A program made the position numbers and the translations under genes. From Alkalispirochaeta sp. (GTDB lineage: Bacteria; Spirochaetota; Spirochaetia; DSM-27196; Alkalispirochaetaceae), in contig OZ271854.1 of the NCBI GenBank assembly GCA_965601925.1, positions 480,001 through 544,000 on the forward strand: DNA of 64,000 nucleotides, read 5' to 3'. Each line of letters starts with the position of its first letter. The stretch's first letter is position 1. The notes under the pieces are model-generated. The model was not told the DNA's origin, did not search any database, and saw nothing but the letters and a program-made list of their open reading frames with translations. Positions 29,150-38,672 of this stretch are shown here, in pieces.

Positions 29150-29515
29150 TTACTGTTCTCCCCGTCGAAACAGAGAAACGATATCGCGAGCGCTCACCGG
29201 TTTTTTAAGGAATCCTAACGGCGCGAGTGACAGTGCGCGTCTCTCCGTTACGCGATCGGGATAGCCGGTGACAAAGACGATGCGGCAGGACGACACGTCA
29301 CGCATCGCCTCGGCGGCCTGAATACCGTCCATTGCGCCGCCGAGTCGTACATCCATGACGACGACATCGGGGTCGTGTCGGGCGCAGAGCTCGACGGCGC
29401 CCGCTCCGTCGGAGACCGTCGCGAGAACCCGACACCCCAGACGCTTGAGCTCAACCTCAAGGCTCATGGCGATGAATGTCTCGTCCTCAACGATGAGAAC
29501 GCGTTCCTGCGCCAC
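29150..29515 (-). CDS. Single-domain response regulator
   Basis: Motifs VLIVEDE, VVMDVRL, FVTG and KKP. GTG start lies 2 nt after the kinase stop. Confidence 0.9.
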   Translation of the reverse strand: MAQERVLIVEDETFIAMSLEVELKRLGCRVLATVSDGAGAVELCARHDPDVVVMDVRLGGAMDGIQAAEAMRDVSSCRIVFVTGYPDRVTERRALSLAPLGFLKKPVSARDIVSLFRRGEQ

Positions 29516-29517
29516 GA

Positions 29518-31296
29518 TCAGACCCTCGGCTCGTAGAGACGATCGGGAAAGCGGAGTGAAAACGTGAAGCCGGGCCGCGAGACGATCGAAAGCTCGCCTT
29601 GAAGCTGCTGCTCCGCGAGCGCCCGGATGAGCTGAAAGCCGAGCGTCCGCCGGGTATTGATATCGAACGGCTCTTCCAGCCCGACTCCGTCGTCGGAACA
29701 CGTAAACTGAAAGTGTGCGTCTTCGGAGTACGTCAACACGACGCGTATCGTTCCGGTCCGCGATGGAAAGGCGTGGAGGAACGCATTGGTGACCAGCTCA
29801 TTCAACAAGAGACCGAAGGGAACGGCGGTATCGATCAGAAAGCGACCATCGTCGATTTCGGTGACGATTCGCACTCTCCGAGCCACCTCGGGATGGAAAT
29901 CGCGAATGCGATCCAAGCACGATTCGACGTACCCTCGGCACGGAATACGACTCAAGTCTTTGGCGCTGTAGAGCAACTCTTGTACCGCCGCCATACCCAT
30001 GATGCGTTGCTCGGTGCGTCGCACGATGTCACGGACCGCGTCGCTGTCCGGCGCGGCGCCGGCCTGTAGTACGAGCATCGCCCGAATCATCTGAAGGATA
30101 TTGTTCGTACGGTGGTAGAGCTCTCTGATCAGCACCTCTTTCTCCGATAGGGATTGCTTGAGGCTATTGTCGGCCTCGATACGCTCGGTAACGTCTCGCT
30201 GAATGATCGAGAGTCCGCCCTCAAAGGGATATGCAAACACGTCGTAGAATCGCGTCGCGTCGCCCTCGACACGTCGAAGGAGGTGGTGACGGGGCGCCGC
30301 CAGGCGTATCGTTTCTTGGAGAAACAGGTCGAACGGAGAGCCTCGATCCTCGGGGAGAACGTCAAAGAGCGGACGCGTGACGGCGGAGGCCGCCGACACC
30401 CCGTTCCCCTCGGACGCTGCATTCCAGTAGGTAATGTCGAACCGGTCGTCGATTGAGAAAAAAATGTCCTGAATACTCTCGGCCAAGTGGCGGTATCGCT
30501 CATCGGAACGGCGCGCCGTCTCTTTGTGACGATCTACCTCGCGAATCAATTGCCTGTGCGGCAGAACGAATAGATCGATGAAGACGAACGCCTCGGCGGC
30601 GTATCGGCGAAATCGGGCTCGAAACACCATTAAGAATGCGAACAGAGGAATGCTGAACGAGGCGGCCAGGACGACTTTTCCCGGCAAGCCGCCGAAGACC
30701 GTCTCTACGATCTCGCGACGAAACCCAAAGGCGATCAACGGGAAGGCGACCCCGTCGAAGCATATCAAGACGACGTATATTGCGATAAAACACAACGCCA
30801 ACACGGTTAGGTTTTGAATCCGCGCCTTGAGAAGATCGAAGAGATAGAGCACGGCCAAAAGCTCTACGATGATGAGCAGCTCTCCCAAGAGCATGAGCCC
30901 CAGAGAGACGGAAAAGACCTCCCCGGATACTCCGAAGGGGTTGATTATCGCATCATTGCCGAGGACGCCGACCAACAAACTGAATAGGAAGAAGACGAAA
31001 ACATTGACGGTGATGACCAAGCGGACGACATAGCGGATATTCACCACGCGGTTGTCGACGATCACCAGCACGATAGCGGTCATCATAAAGGCGGCGTACG
31101 CGATATTGCCGCCCGACACGTTGCCCCCTACGGCAAGGGGAAAGGAGTAGATCGCGCCGAGAAATCCACCGAAGGAGAGGACGATACCCAGATATACGTA
31201 AAACGGCAACGTACCGAAGCGTTTGTATAAACCGACGAAGTAAAAAGGAAACGCCGAGTACAACACGATGTTAGCGACGAACAGCGCCAATGTCAT
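29518..31296 (-). CDS. Membrane sensor histidine kinase (multi-TM domain, PAS, HisKA_2, HATPase)
   Basis: H-box EKEVLIRELYHRTNNILQ, N-box LLLNELVTNAFLHAF and G-boxes SDDGVG and LGFQLI. PAS segment after RYRHLAESIQD. Confidence 0.9.
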   Translation of the reverse strand: MTLALFVANIVLYSAFPFYFVGLYKRFGTLPFYVYLGIVLSFGGFLGAIYSFPLAVGGNVSGGNIAYAAFMMTAIVLVIVDNRVVNIRYVVRLVITVNVFVFFLFSLLVGVLGNDAIINPFGVSGEVFSVSLGLMLLGELLIIVELLAVLYLFDLLKARIQNLTVLALCFIAIYVVLICFDGVAFPLIAFGFRREIVETVFGGLPGKVVLAASFSIPLFAFLMVFRARFRRYAAEAFVFIDLFVLPHRQLIREVDRHKETARRSDERYRHLAESIQDIFFSIDDRFDITYWNAASEGNGVSAASAVTRPLFDVLPEDRGSPFDLFLQETIRLAAPRHHLLRRVEGDATRFYDVFAYPFEGGLSIIQRDVTERIEADNSLKQSLSEKEVLIRELYHRTNNILQMIRAMLVLQAGAAPDSDAVRDIVRRTEQRIMGMAAVQELLYSAKDLSRIPCRGYVESCLDRIRDFHPEVARRVRIVTEIDDGRFLIDTAVPFGLLLNELVTNAFLHAFPSRTGTIRVVLTYSEDAHFQFTCSDDGVGLEEPFDINTRRTLGFQLIRALAEQQLQGELSIVSRPGFTFSLRFPDRLYEPRV

Positions 31297-31435
31297 ACGG
31301 GCTAACTTCCTTCGTCTCCGTTGTTCTCAAGTGTATCGTCTGGGGATCGAAACTTCAAAAGGGTCGGCAAAAAAGATGCGGACCGGTGCGCTCGCGCCCG
31401 CACATCGAGGCGACCGTCAGTTCGGGAAAAAAGAG

Positions 31436-32500
31436 CTACAGGCTCGTCGAACGCCGCACGGCGAGGCGCATCTCGATCTCGATCTCGGTAGGGGGCGAGT
31501 GAGGGTGGGCAAGCCGACGCCGCGCGAGCTCGTACAACTTCTCGGCCATCTCACGATTGGAGTATGAGACGGTCGTCAACGGCACCACCATCTTCTCCGG
31601 GCTGATTGAATCGTCGAAGCACGCCAAGGCCACGTCCTCCGGAATACTCAAGCCGCCGTGGTGGAGCGCATTCACCGCGCCCATTGCCATCTCTTCGTTA
31701 TAAAACAGGATGCTCCGCGGTACCGTGCCGCGCTCGATCATCGATTGCGTCGCGTCGTAGCCGCCCTTATACGTCGGATCGGCCTGAAAGACGTTGTCAA
31801 AATCGATCGTGCAGTGTCCGTCGATGTGCACGTCGCAATAACCGCGGAAGCGTCCCGTCTTTTCGACCGACTCGTCGGACCCGGAGACGAAGCCCACCGG
31901 CGGGCCTAAGGTATCCAAAAGATGGGCGGTCACGATGCGCGATCCGGCGCGCATGTCGGGATGAACGTTGTCGATCCCGATGCCCGAGGCGTGGCTTCCG
32001 ACGACCGGTATGACTGCGGACTCCAGAATACGCCGCTCGACGAGCGATCGCGCGGCTCCGCCCTGAATAAACACAATATCGATTCCCAGTTCCCGATACA
32101 TGGAAATGATACGGCGAAGGGCCTCCGGATCGCGCGCAGTGGTATTGGCCTGAACGGTAATGCCGTTGTCGTGGGCGTGCTCGTGCATAGCGTGTACCAA
32201 CTGCGCGAAGTTGGGGTTGGATACGTCGGAAAGGATGAGTCCCGCCCGTATGGGTGAGGGCGAATCAGCTGCCGGCTCGTCGGAGACAAAGGTACCCAAC
32301 CCCTGCGACGTGTAGAGCACGCCGTCCTTGACGAGGAGAGAGAGCGCCTTGCTCACCGTTTTTGGATTGGCTGAGAAACGCGCCGACAAATCGCGCAACC
32401 CCGGTAGTTTACCCCGCCAGTGTCCCAAGGCGATCTCGTTTCTGATTTGATTCGCGATGTCGACGTACACCGCCTTTCGGTTGCTCTCCATGGGCTGCAT
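31436..32500 (-). CDS. GntR-HTH / LacI sugar-binding chimeric repressor (AraR-like)
   Basis: wHTH LPGLRDLSARFSANPKTVSKAL..QGLGTFV, followed by SNPNFAQL and IPEDVALACFDD. Confidence 0.9.
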   Translation of the reverse strand: MQPMESNRKAVYVDIANQIRNEIALGHWRGKLPGLRDLSARFSANPKTVSKALSLLVKDGVLYTSQGLGTFVSDEPAADSPSPIRAGLILSDVSNPNFAQLVHAMHEHAHDNGITVQANTTARDPEALRRIISMYRELGIDIVFIQGGAARSLVERRILESAVIPVVGSHASGIGIDNVHPDMRAGSRIVTAHLLDTLGPPVGFVSGSDESVEKTGRFRGYCDVHIDGHCTIDFDNVFQADPTYKGGYDATQSMIERGTVPRSILFYNEEMAMGAVNALHHGGLSIPEDVALACFDDSISPEKMVVPLTTVSYSNREMAEKLYELARRRLAHPHSPPTEIEIEMRLAVRRSTSL

Positions 32501-32547
32501 TCGATTCTACTTGATGGGGCGGCTCAATTGAATCACCTTGTTTCGCC

Positions 32548-32592
32548 TTGACATCTCACAGTCAGTGTACCATAATGGTGCACCATGGTACA
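32548..32592 (+). promoter_or_regulatory. sigma70 promoter plus operator palindromes directly at the GH172 start codon
   Basis: TTGACA(32548)-17-CATAAT(32571). Palindrome ATGGTGCACCAT at 32575-32586, nested in TGTACCAT...ATGGTACA. Confidence 0.65.
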
Positions 32593-33679
32593 GGGAATCG
32601 TAAACGGTTTGGGAGATCTCGTCTACCGCTCATCGGCCAGGACGCGCTCAATCAGCCCGGAAAACTTCACCGGAGAGAAGGGCGCCGGCGCCATGGCGAC
32701 GGAAGGAACCGGAGCGGAGGCGGCGCGCGATCTGGGACGAGGGTGGAAGGTGTCGCCGTCGATCAAGATAGAACCGGGCGAGGAGCGCCTGTTGGGCGCC
32801 GTCGACGAGGCGGGCGTCATTCAGCAGATTTGGCTCACGCAAGCGAAGGGAAACTGGCGCCACAGTATTCTGCGCTTCTATTGGGACGGCCAGGAGACGC
32901 CGTCGGTGGAGACGCCCCTGGGCGACTTCTTTCTCAACGGGTGGAACCGGTACGCCCCCGTCTCGTCATTGGCGGTGTGCGTCAACTCCAACCGGGGGTT
33001 CAACTCCTACTGGCAGATGCCCTTTGGCACATCGGCCCGTATCACCCTCGAGAACCTTGCGGACGAGCCGATCACGCTGTACTACCAGATCAACTACATC
33101 GTGACCGAGGTCCCGTCCGACGCGCTCTACTTTCACGCCCAGTTTCGCAGGAGCAATCCGCTCCCGTATAAGGAGACGCATACCCTTCTCGACGGGGTGC
33201 GCGGTGCCGGTCACTACGTCGGGACGTACATGGCGTGGGGCGTCAACTCCAACAATTGGTGGGGCGAGGGCGAGATAAAGTTCTACCTCGATGGGGACGC
33301 CGAGTTTCCGACGATCTGCGGTACCGGCACGGAAGATTACTTCTGCGGCGCCTACGACTTCGATGTGGGATTTTTCGAGGAGGGCGCACCTGCACGGTAC
33401 CAAGAGTTCACCACGCCGTACAGCGGTCTCCATCAGGTGATACGTCCCGACGGGGCGTATCGATCGCAACAGCGCTTCGGCATGTATCGGTGGCACATCG
33501 TCGACCCGATTCGCTTCGAGTCGGATATTAGCGTCGATATACAAGCGTTAGGGTGGCGGCACGACGGACGCTACCTACCGCTCCAGGACGACATTGCATC
33601 GGTGAGTTTCTGGTATCAGACCTTGCCCACAACGCCGCATCCGCCGTTGCCCGACCGCGACTATTTGGAAGTCATATAG
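32585..33679 (+). CDS. DUF2961 / glycoside hydrolase family 172 protein
   Basis: Motifs RSISPENFTGEKG, PLGDFF, FNSYWQMPF, WWGEGEIKFYLDGD, GTGTEDYF and YRWHIVDPIRF. Confidence 0.9.
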   Translation: MVQGIVNGLGDLVYRSSARTRSISPENFTGEKGAGAMATEGTGAEAARDLGRGWKVSPSIKIEPGEERLLGAVDEAGVIQQIWLTQAKGNWRHSILRFYWDGQETPSVETPLGDFFLNGWNRYAPVSSLAVCVNSNRGFNSYWQMPFGTSARITLENLADEPITLYYQINYIVTEVPSDALYFHAQFRRSNPLPYKETHTLLDGVRGAGHYVGTYMAWGVNSNNWWGEGEIKFYLDGDAEFPTICGTGTEDYFCGAYDFDVGFFEEGAPARYQEFTTPYSGLHQVIRPDGAYRSQQRFGMYRWHIVDPIRFESDISVDIQALGWRHDGRYLPLQDDIASVSFWYQTLPTTPHPPLPDRDYLEVI

Positions 33680-33724
33680 ATGAGAACCACTTGCAAACCG
33701 ATTCGCAATACGAGGAGATGCACG

Positions 33725-34999
33725 ATGATCACACGCAACACGATGGTATTGGTGGGGGTCGCGATACTCGCTATGATTCTCGCACCCGCCGCGCTGTTCG
33801 GCGGCGGACAGGAGGAGCAAGAGGGCGTGGAGCTCCTCTTCTGGTCGCTTCACACCGGCGACGAGGCCGACTTCATGGCCGACCTCGCCCAAACGTACTC
33901 ACAGATGACCGAGGGGGTCACGATACGCTACGAGGCGATTCCCCAGAGCGAGTATCTCGGCGCCGCGTTGACGACCGCATTCGCGTCTGGACAGGGGCCC
34001 GATGTCTTTCTCATCAGTCCCGGCGACTTTTTGAAGTACGCCAACTCAGGCGTAGCCCTCGATCTGACGCCCTACTTCACCCCGGAGATCCGTTCCGACT
34101 TCCTCGACAGCTCCATTGAGGCGGTAACCGTCGGTGGTCAAATACTGGCGGTTCCCTTTGAGATCGAGCTCCTCGGTCTGTATTACAATCGTACGGTGCT
34201 GTCCCAGGCCGGCGTGGAGCCGCCTGAGACGTGGGACGAGTTTGTCGCGGCCACCAGGACACTCACGACCGCGGAGCGCTACGGCGCGCTCATCGAGCCG
34301 ACCCAAGGATATTTCCAGAACTTCCTGTGGTACCCTTTCCTGTGGCAGAACGAAGGCACGGTACTCGACGCCGCGACGATGGAGTCGCGCTTCGATGGAG
34401 CGGCCGCAGAGGCGGCGCTGCAACTGTGGCGCGACCTCGTCGAGGCCGGAGCGGCGCGCTCAATCGCGACCGGTGCGTGGGACGCCGTGTACATCGGCGA
34501 CGGGTCCACGGCCATGCAGGTCACCGGTACGTGGATTATCAACACCTTGGAGTCGACCTACCCCGACGCCGATATCGGTGTGGTGCCCCTACCGATTCCC
34601 GACGGCGGGAGACCGGCTACCGACGCCGGGGGATGGAAGTTTATGGCCAACAGCCGGAGCGACCACGCGGACGAGGCGGCGCAGTTTCTGATGTGGGCGA
34701 TGGCCGAGAGCGTCGAGTGGCCCCTACGGTGGTGCACGGAGGTCAAGTTTGCCTACTCGCCCCGCCGCTCGGTCATAGAGGCGGGTCAGGCGATCTACAA
34801 CCAAGGGTTGCGAGCCGTATTTACCGAGCGCATTTACGACACGGCGATCGGGGAGCCGCGTTATCCCGCCCAGGTCGTCAACATGGTCGGAGAGGCGATC
34901 CAGCAGGCAATGTTTACCGACCGCGATGTCGCGGCCATCGTCGACGACACCGATCGCCGCATTGAAGAGTTCCTCGCTACCTTCGAGGGGTCGATGTAG
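33725..34999 (+). CDS. Sugar ABC transporter substrate-binding protein
   Basis: Signal peptide ending AALFGGGQEE, plus GQGPDVF, LYYNR, PPETWDEF and AMQVTGTW. Confidence 0.92.
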   Translation: MITRNTMVLVGVAILAMILAPAALFGGGQEEQEGVELLFWSLHTGDEADFMADLAQTYSQMTEGVTIRYEAIPQSEYLGAALTTAFASGQGPDVFLISPGDFLKYANSGVALDLTPYFTPEIRSDFLDSSIEAVTVGGQILAVPFEIELLGLYYNRTVLSQAGVEPPETWDEFVAATRTLTTAERYGALIEPTQGYFQNFLWYPFLWQNEGTVLDAATMESRFDGAAAEAALQLWRDLVEAGAARSIATGAWDAVYIGDGSTAMQVTGTWIINTLESTYPDADIGVVPLPIPDGGRPATDAGGWKFMANSRSDHADEAAQFLMWAMAESVEWPLRWCTEVKFAYSPRRSVIEAGQAIYNQGLRAVFTERIYDTAIGEPRYPAQVVNMVGEAIQQAMFTDRDVAAIVDDTDRRIEEFLATFEGSM

Positions 35000-35110
35000 A
35001 TACCGTACCGAATGCACCGCGGCGATCGTGGATGACGCGATCGTCGCGAGGAAGCGGGCCACTCACCGCCGGCCGGCGGTGGTCCGCGCCGTCGGTCCAA
35101 CGAGACGCAG

Positions 35111-36004
35111 ATGAAAGATTCCAGTCGAAAAAAGAGACAACGCCGAATGGACTTGGTCGCCTACGCGATGCTGGCCCCCGACCTTATCGGCCTTCTGACG
35201 TTTGTCTTTGTCCCGATCATCTTGGCGCTCTACATCAGCTTCTTCTCATGGAACGCACTCTCATCGATGACTTTCATCGGCATCAGAAACTACGTCAGTG
35301 TGTTTCGGGATCGGGAGTGGTGGCTCTCGGTGGTCAGAACGCTCAACTACACCGCCTTCTACGTCTCCTTTGTATACGTTGGATCGCTCGGTGCGGCGCT
35401 CCTCGTCAACTCACTCGCCGGTACCGCTCGCGGCTTCTTTCGCACCGCGATCTTCGTACCTTTCTCCGTATCGATGGTCGTGGCGGGGATCATCTGGATG
35501 TTCATCTTTGAGGAGCAGCGCGGTTTTGCCAACTCCGTCTTGCGGCTTGTCGGCCTTCCGGTGCAGAACTATCTATCGAACACCGACACGGCCCTCTTGT
35601 GGGTCGCCGTCGTCTCGGCGTGGCTCGTCATCGGCTACTATACGATCATATTCATCGCCGGACTGAACGATATTCCCCGCAGCTACTACGAGGCGGCGGA
35701 GATTGACGGGGCTCGCCCGCTCACGGTCCTCTTTCGGATCACCCTCCCCCAGCTACGACACATAAGCATCTTCGTCTCGGTCATGACGGCGATCGCCTCG
35801 TTTCAAGTCTTCGATCAGATCAAGGTCATGACCAACGGCGGACCGGCAAACGCGACGACCGTGTCGGTGTTTTATATCTACCGCCAAGCCTTTGAGTATA
35901 TCGATCTGGGCTACTCGTCGGCCCTCGCCTTTATCCTCTTTCTTATGGTCTTCGGCAGCAGTCTGCTGCAGTTATCGATCTTTGCGCCTCGGGACGGTGT
36001 GTAA
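35111..36004 (+). CDS. Sugar ABC transporter permease
   Basis: EAA motif IPRSYYEAAEIDGA..FRITLP. Confidence 0.93.
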   Translation: MKDSSRKKRQRRMDLVAYAMLAPDLIGLLTFVFVPIILALYISFFSWNALSSMTFIGIRNYVSVFRDREWWLSVVRTLNYTAFYVSFVYVGSLGAALLVNSLAGTARGFFRTAIFVPFSVSMVVAGIIWMFIFEEQRGFANSVLRLVGLPVQNYLSNTDTALLWVAVVSAWLVIGYYTIIFIAGLNDIPRSYYEAAEIDGARPLTVLFRITLPQLRHISIFVSVMTAIASFQVFDQIKVMTNGGPANATTVSVFYIYRQAFEYIDLGYSSALAFILFLMVFGSSLLQLSIFAPRDGV

Positions 36005-36005
36005 C

Positions 36006-36830
36006 GTGACCTCTCTCCCTCGACTCGCCGGGAGAATCAAGCCCGGCCGAATGCTTCTGGCGACGGTGCTCGTCGCGCTGTTCCTATTTCCGATTCTGCT
36101 CCTGCTGACCTCGTCGCTGAAGCCCCTCGCGGAGGTGTTCGACCTCGCGCTTGTGCCGGCGACCGTGTCGCTCGACGGCTACCGGTACGCCTTTGAGATC
36201 GAGATCCACCGCTTCTTTCTCAACTCGCTATTCGTCTCCGCGGTGGTGACCGTCGTCGCGCTCTTCTTTCACTCCATGGCCGCCTATCCCCTGGCCCGCA
36301 TGCCCTTCACGGGCCGCAAGTACGTCTTTTTGTGGATCTTGAGCACCCTTATGATTCCCTTTCCGGTGATCATGATCCCTCTCTTTATCTTGGTGCGGAG
36401 CTTCGGATGGCTCAACACCTACCAAGGGGTCATCATACCGGCGATACCCCACGCCTACGGCATCTTTCTCTTTCGCCAATTCTACCTGTCGATCCCGAAA
36501 GAGCTCGAAGAGGCGGCGTCCATCGACGGGTGCTCGCCCTTCTCGACGTATGTGAGGATCTTTATTCCCCTCTCCAAGCCCATCGCCGTCACCCTGGCGG
36601 TCGGCTTCTTTATCGCCAATTGGAACAACTATCTGTGGCCCTTGATCGTCAACAACGAGCGGCGCCTGTGGGTCCTGCAAGTCGCGATCGCCAACTTTAT
36701 CAGTCGCAGCGACACGCGATGGGACGCCGTACTCGCCTCCGGTGTGGTTTCGATTGTGCCGACGATCCTTTTCTTCTTTCTCCTCCAACGCTACCTCGTC
36801 GAGGGCATCAAGATGGCGGGTATCAAATAG
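36006..36830 (+). CDS. Sugar ABC transporter permease
   Basis: EAA motif IPKELEEAASIDG, plus WNNYLWPL and LQRYLVEG. Confidence 0.93.
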   Translation: MTSLPRLAGRIKPGRMLLATVLVALFLFPILLLLTSSLKPLAEVFDLALVPATVSLDGYRYAFEIEIHRFFLNSLFVSAVVTVVALFFHSMAAYPLARMPFTGRKYVFLWILSTLMIPFPVIMIPLFILVRSFGWLNTYQGVIIPAIPHAYGIFLFRQFYLSIPKELEEAASIDGCSPFSTYVRIFIPLSKPIAVTLAVGFFIANWNNYLWPLIVNNERRLWVLQVAIANFISRSDTRWDAVLASGVVSIVPTILFFFLLQRYLVEGIKMAGIK

Positions 36831-36927
36831 CGCCTCGATACCCGTCTCGCCTCGACTGCCGCCGTCCTCACGGCGGCGGTTCCTCTGCGGCGGCGGTCCC
36901 GACCGGCGGTGCGTTCGGTTCGTGCGC

Positions 36928-38517
36928 TCACGCCGTGGGACGATTTCGATTCCGATCATGATTCTGAAGCGGACCGAGACGGATGGCGATTTCGGTGCGA
37001 TTCCCGACGTCGAGCTTGCGCATCGCGCGGTAGAGGTGGTTCTTGACGGTCCCCTCGGAGATCGAAAGGTCCGCGGCGATCTCCTTGTTGCTCTTTCCGA
37101 CCGCAACCAAACGAAGGATTTCGCTCTCCCGCGCCGTCACGTGGTACCGTTCGCTCAGAAGCTTGGGATCCAACGGCGCCAGTCGCATTTCGAGGTGCAG
37201 AAAGGACTGTGAAACCTTGAACACGAACAGATTGAAGATGACCACCATTACTCCCAGCGTCGCGACCGTCGAGGCCAGGTAGAGCAACGTCTCGTTCCGA
37301 CTACCCCCTCCAAACAGCGCGACGATGAAGCCTACAGGAGCGAAATCGCGGGACAGTACGATTTCGCGGTAGTGAATCATCTCGCTGAAGGTGATGAGGA
37401 AAAAGATCGCGATGGCGCCGACCATCGTCCACGCCTCTCGCCGTCCCGAGGCGGCGTGCATCACGAACCGCACGGTCATCGCCAGGAGCACCACGCTTTT
37501 GGCGATGTTGTACGAGGTAACGACGCGCGAGTATACGAGAACGGGGAAGAAGAGCGTCACCGCGGCGTTACATGCAACAAACGCGGTAATGCCCCAAACG
37601 ACGCGCCTGGCGATCACTCCGGGATAGGCTCGGTCGGCGATCCACGCAAACACGACGAACACCACATGAGCCGAAAGGTACTCGATCCGGAGTTGGAGCC
37701 ACCATGGAAAACCGGGAACGAGCCGGGTCACTAAGATTTGCCCGGTCACAAAGACCCTCGCGATGAGTGCTAAAAACGCGATGCCCAACAAAAGCGGCGC
37801 GTCCACGCCGCGACGCGCAATGACGTCGGCACGGCGTTGGGACGACGAAAGGAAAAAGTTGTACAGCGCCATTGCGATGAAGTTTCCCAGAAGCAAGAGG
37901 TCGTACATCGTCTCGGTCGCGTCGAGGCGGCGTATCTGACCCGGGGTGCCGAGCTTGATCGCCTTCCACATGCCGCCGCGACGGTGGTGGAAGTTCGATA
38001 CCTGCAACACTATCGTCGCGCGGCCCGCCGGCGCGTCGAACTCGGCGGTATTCATGATGTAGTGGGGACGCGAGGAACCCCGATCGACGCCCGGTGTGCC
38101 GCTTTCGGCGCGTAGCTCCGTATCTACCCACAGGCGATAGGCGGTCGAGGCGTTCGGTATCCACAGCGCCGCGCGTTCCATCCCGGGGGGCAAGAGCAAC
38201 TCCAACAGAAAGGTCGCGTAGCCCATGCCGCCGACCGTCGCTCCCTCGTACTCCCAGTCGTTCCACGTGCTCGGCATACCGAAGAAGCCGTCCGATTCTT
38301 GGAGCCGCCGGTCGCGCTCCGGAAGGTCCGCCGGTGTGAGGAGATTCTCCCAGTAGATGATCCAATCGCCGGTCAACTCGACCGTACCCTGTCGACCGAA
38401 ATCCCATTCCCGCACGTCGATCACGCCTCTTCCGGCCGTAGGAACGCTCTGAGCGCTACAGCCCGCGGCGAGAACACAACCGAGCAGCAGGAGGGGGAAG
38501 CGGCCTTTTTGTCGCAT
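36928..38517 (-). CDS. One-component regulator: 7TM-DISM-like extracellular and membrane sensor + LuxR HTH
   Basis: Signal/lipobox LAAGC, sugar-binding-type domain (LTGDWIIYWENLL, PSTWN, GYATF, STAYRLWVD, QVSNFHHRRGG), ~7 TM and HTH TARESEILRLVAVGKSNKEIAADLSISEGTVKNH. Confidence 0.85.
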   Translation of the reverse strand: MRQKGRFPLLLLGCVLAAGCSAQSVPTAGRGVIDVREWDFGRQGTVELTGDWIIYWENLLTPADLPERDRRLQESDGFFGMPSTWNDWEYEGATVGGMGYATFLLELLLPPGMERAALWIPNASTAYRLWVDTELRAESGTPGVDRGSSRPHYIMNTAEFDAPAGRATIVLQVSNFHHRRGGMWKAIKLGTPGQIRRLDATETMYDLLLLGNFIAMALYNFFLSSSQRRADVIARRGVDAPLLLGIAFLALIARVFVTGQILVTRLVPGFPWWLQLRIEYLSAHVVFVVFAWIADRAYPGVIARRVVWGITAFVACNAAVTLFFPVLVYSRVVTSYNIAKSVVLLAMTVRFVMHAASGRREAWTMVGAIAIFFLITFSEMIHYREIVLSRDFAPVGFIVALFGGGSRNETLLYLASTVATLGVMVVIFNLFVFKVSQSFLHLEMRLAPLDPKLLSERYHVTARESEILRLVAVGKSNKEIAADLSISEGTVKNHLYRAMRKLDVGNRTEIAIRLGPLQNHDRNRNRPTA

Positions 38518-38672
38518 ATTGCGGCACCTGAGCCGAAGGTACCACGCCGGCCGGCGCGAGACAACGACAACGAAAGTAACAGGTGGGAAATTGGTACCAA
38601 AGTTACACCCTCCTTTTGTGGTCGTCGATTTCACTTCGGTATACCTGTTGAGAGCGCACATCCGGAGGTTGA

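Noticed and set aside
38578..38610. GGTACC/GTTAC boxes here and near 45397 as a shared LuxR operator
   Set aside because: Spacing differs between the two sites and the matches are too short to separate from chance.
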